DNA from: Octopus sinensis
Lineage: Eukaryota
Length of the DNA: 64,000 nt
Assembly: GCF_006345805.1 (NCBI RefSeq)
Contig: NC_043000.1
Span: 23,498,001 to 23,562,000, forward strand
Direction of reading: 5' to 3'
The notes under the pieces were generated by a model, which was given only the letters and a program-made list of their open reading frames with translations, did no database searches and was not told the origin of the DNA. The first letter of the stretch is position 1; every line of letters begins with the position of its first letter. The translations under genes were made by a program, and so were the position numbers. This document shows positions 60,954 through 64,000 of this stretch, one piece after another.

Positions 60954-62800
60954 TTCATGCTGCTTTTCAGTTCAAAATCCTTACCAACCAGCAACATATA
61001 GCAATCACTTTCTCTCTTCCATAACTCCCTTCCTACTACCTTCTTACTGGCACTCCATTGGTTACGTGAAGACGAGGGTTCCAGTTGATCCAATCAGCTG
61101 AACAGTCAGCTTGTGAAATTAACATGCAAGTGACTGAGTGGTCCATAGACAAGCATACCCATGACATAGTTCTCAGGGAGATACGTGACACAGAATGTGA
61201 CAAGGCTGGCCCTTGGAATTATAGGTGGAACTGTTTGCCAGCTGAGTGGCCTGGAGAAATGTAAAATGAAGTGTCTTACTGAAGAAGACAATGCACTACC
61301 AGGAATTGAACTCACAACCCAACAATTGTAAGCCAAATACCCTAACCACTAGGACACGAATATTCACCAAATTGGTTATCACTTTATCAGTCATGAAAAA
61401 AAAAACAAAACAGACCACACAACATAGAGTAGACTCTTTGATCTAATGAAGATAAATCAATCTTTTGGTGCTGATGATATGATAAAATGTACTTGAGCTA
61501 CTCTATAAAGTCGCTGCGGTTAGTAAGGCCATTCAATATTAGAAATCGTTTTTCTTTTTTAATGTTTCGGTCACAAAGCAGTGACTATGATCTGTTACAG
61601 AGCTTCCAAAACTGGAAACCTGTCCTTAACGTTTGCAAAAGAGTGGATTCTGCTAAAGGTACCGAAGGTACCGGGTCAAACTGGGTGAGGGATTAAGTTT
61701 ACCACTCAAATAAGCCACAGTGGGATTTAAACACAGAATGCAAAGGGCCAGAACAAATGCTGCAAGGCATCTAGTCTGACATCCGTACAATCCTGCTAAT
61801 CCCCCACCACTGGGAGCAAAGAAAATGGAGATATGATGATGATGATGATGAAAAGATTAGTGAAAACAACCCTTTTGATACCAAACTGCCTGAGGCTGCC
61901 CCTGGTTCTATGACACAAATTCCCTGTTTTAAAGTGATTTAAATTAAAATCAAAATTTTAGGTTAATTTGTTCAAAAAACTAGTTTAATATTGACAAAAT
62001 TATTTTACTAAAGTCTTCATTATTTTAAAAATGAACAGAAATCAAAAGTAGTGTATTTTGACAGAAATATGAAAAATATAAACAAAAAAACAAAACAAGG
62101 TTAAGTTGTAAGTATTTTGGCAACTACATAAATATTTAAGTTTTAAAAATCAAAATAAGTGGTTGGCTGAGTCAGCTAACATTTCTCCACCAGAAATGGC
62201 ATCAGATTTTTCATAGAAAAATCAATTTTTTCATTTATCTCTTCAATGCCTAACCGTTTAAGCCACAGGAATAGTACAACTCAAAAAAGATCCAATCTTT
62301 TGCTCTGTGACTATCCAAAAATTAATAAATATTAATAAAATATGAATCATATGACCTTAATTTCCTTATCCAATTTTCATACTGTTCCCATTCAATCTGT
62401 AATTTGCATACAGCACAGAACAGTTACCATGGAAATATTGAGGAAATTTCTGGATTCATAAGCGAATATCATTAGTTTGCTGAAGCCCAAAAGCTTCCAG
62501 CATAATGCATATGCATTCTTGCAAATATATGGCAATCTCTTTGGCATCTACTTTCTGATTTCAAAGACTTGGCAGCCATTTTGTCCCTATAGAATACACA
62601 TACCAAATGGTTACTACAGTCATCCAGTTATAATATAACTATCAATGTCCAGCAGCCGAGGTTTTCTTGTTACTTCCAGCATGGATCCTACCTCCTAATT
62701 TTATATTACTGGCAGACAAAAATTCCTAATACTTTCTAAGAGTAAATTCTGTGGAACATAGTTGCAAAGATTTTCTTGTATTGACAGCTAAATGATATTA

Positions 62801-63120
62801 ATCATCATCATCATCGTTTAACGTCCGCTTTCCATGGGTTGGACGATTTTGACTGAGGGCTGGCGAACCAGATGGCTGCACCAGGCTTCAATCTTGATCT
62901 GGCAGAGTTTCTACAGCTGGATGCCCTTCCTAATGCCAACCACTCCGAGAGTGTAATGGGTGCTTTTACGTGCCACCAGCACAAGGGCCAGTCAGGTGGT
63001 ACTGGCAACGACTTGCTCAAATCTTTTTACACATGCCACCAGCACAGGTGCCAGTAAGGCGACACTGGTAACGATCACGCTCGAATGGTGCCTTTTACGT
63101 GCCACCGGCACGGAAGCCAT
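62801..63120 (-). mobile_element. Family C SINE-like retroposon (variant)
   Basis: Family C signature. Confidence 0.85.
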
Positions 63121-63540
63121 TTAACCGCAAGTTTCTAATTTAAGCATAAGACCTGCAGTTTTGAAGGAGAATAGTGGAATCCCTCTGCTTGATTGGTACT
63201 TTATTTAACAACTATGGAGAGATCTTGACTTTGGCAAGATTTGAACTCAGAACATGAAGAACTGGAAGAAATACTAACACTATACTGATTCTACTATCTC
63301 ACAGCTCTTAATATCGACCACCATCACCAGTTTTACATCCATGGTTTTTGGTGTTGTTTAGCCTCAGGTTAGCTCTGATCGAGCAGATTTATGACGAAAG
63401 GCATTCCAGCCAACCATGACAATCCAGTTCTTTTCTCCCCCAGCTCTTTTTTTTTAGAGGTATGTAGGATCACATTAGCTTATGGGTCCTTTATTTAATG
63501 CAATAGGTTGACATTCAAGGGAGATTGGCCAGTGATTTCT

Positions 63541-63770
63541 TATTTCTTTACTGCCCACTAGGGGCTAAACATAGAGGGGACAAACAAGGATAGACAAAGG
63601 GATAAAGTCAATTACATTGACCCCAGTATGTAACTGCTACTTAATTTATTGACCCCAAAAGAATGAAAGGCAAAGTCGACCTTGGCAGAATTTGAACTCA
63701 GAACGTAACGGCAGACAAAATACTGCTAAGCATTTCACCCGTCGCGTTAACGTTTCTGCCAGCTCGCCAC
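63541..63770 (-). mobile_element. Family B SINE monomer
   Basis: Family B consensus; imperfect TSD cagtgatttct / cagagatttct. Confidence 0.88.
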
Positions 63771-64000
63771 CAGAGATTTCTAGCAGGTTGAATGACCTCT
63801 TAGAGGCACCCTCATTGCTTGTCTTTTTCTTCTTCAGTATTTACATGTGCAGGTAAAGCTTTATACTGTAAAAGGCTATGCATATATAATCCAACTCTCA
63901 ATTTTGGCGATTAAATTATCTTAGAATCATAAAGTCATGTTAACACAATATCATAACTGCTGCTGCATGACTAAATAATCTACTATTATCCAATATATTA

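Noticed and set aside
1412-63057. Most ORFs in the supplied six-frame track as genes
   Set aside because: They are recurrent translations of SINE families (e.g. DGLLSVSVYQIHSQGFG..., QLDALPNANHS...) or of microsatellites ([16 protein letters not shown]); they are not exons.

Overview
AT-rich eukaryotic genomic DNA dominated by repeats. The SINE families look like those of a coleoid cephalopod, most likely Octopus; this is inferred from family resemblance, not from a database search. One protein-coding gene is well supported: a PRA1-family gene (ARL6IP5/PRAF3-like) on the minus strand. Its coding exon 2 is at 17748-17965 and its last coding exon at 1375-1511, separated by a 16,236-bp GT-AG intron. 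I could not find exon 1 in the window. Nearly all ORFs in the supplied track are repeat or microsatellite artefacts. The rest of the window is several tRNA-derived or RTE-tailed SINE families (labelled A-E here for convenience), RTE-LINE fragments, Helitron/Helentron elements, and non-autonomous DNA transposons of Tc1/mariner, piggyBac, hAT and possibly Merlin type, often nested. The most unusual signal is a set of five to six short elements from unrelated families carrying minimal hammerhead-ribozyme motifs of the Penelope-like/retrozyme type; three sit in inverted repeats and two in or beside (TA)n tracts. Each copy carries at least one core substitution, so individual activity is doubtful. 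Also notable are a fold-back element built from two right ends of a mariner transposon, a recurrent SINE dimer with an identical junction, and a 78-bp direct repeat flanking a SINE. SINE coordinates are approximate unless a target-site duplication (TSD) is given.
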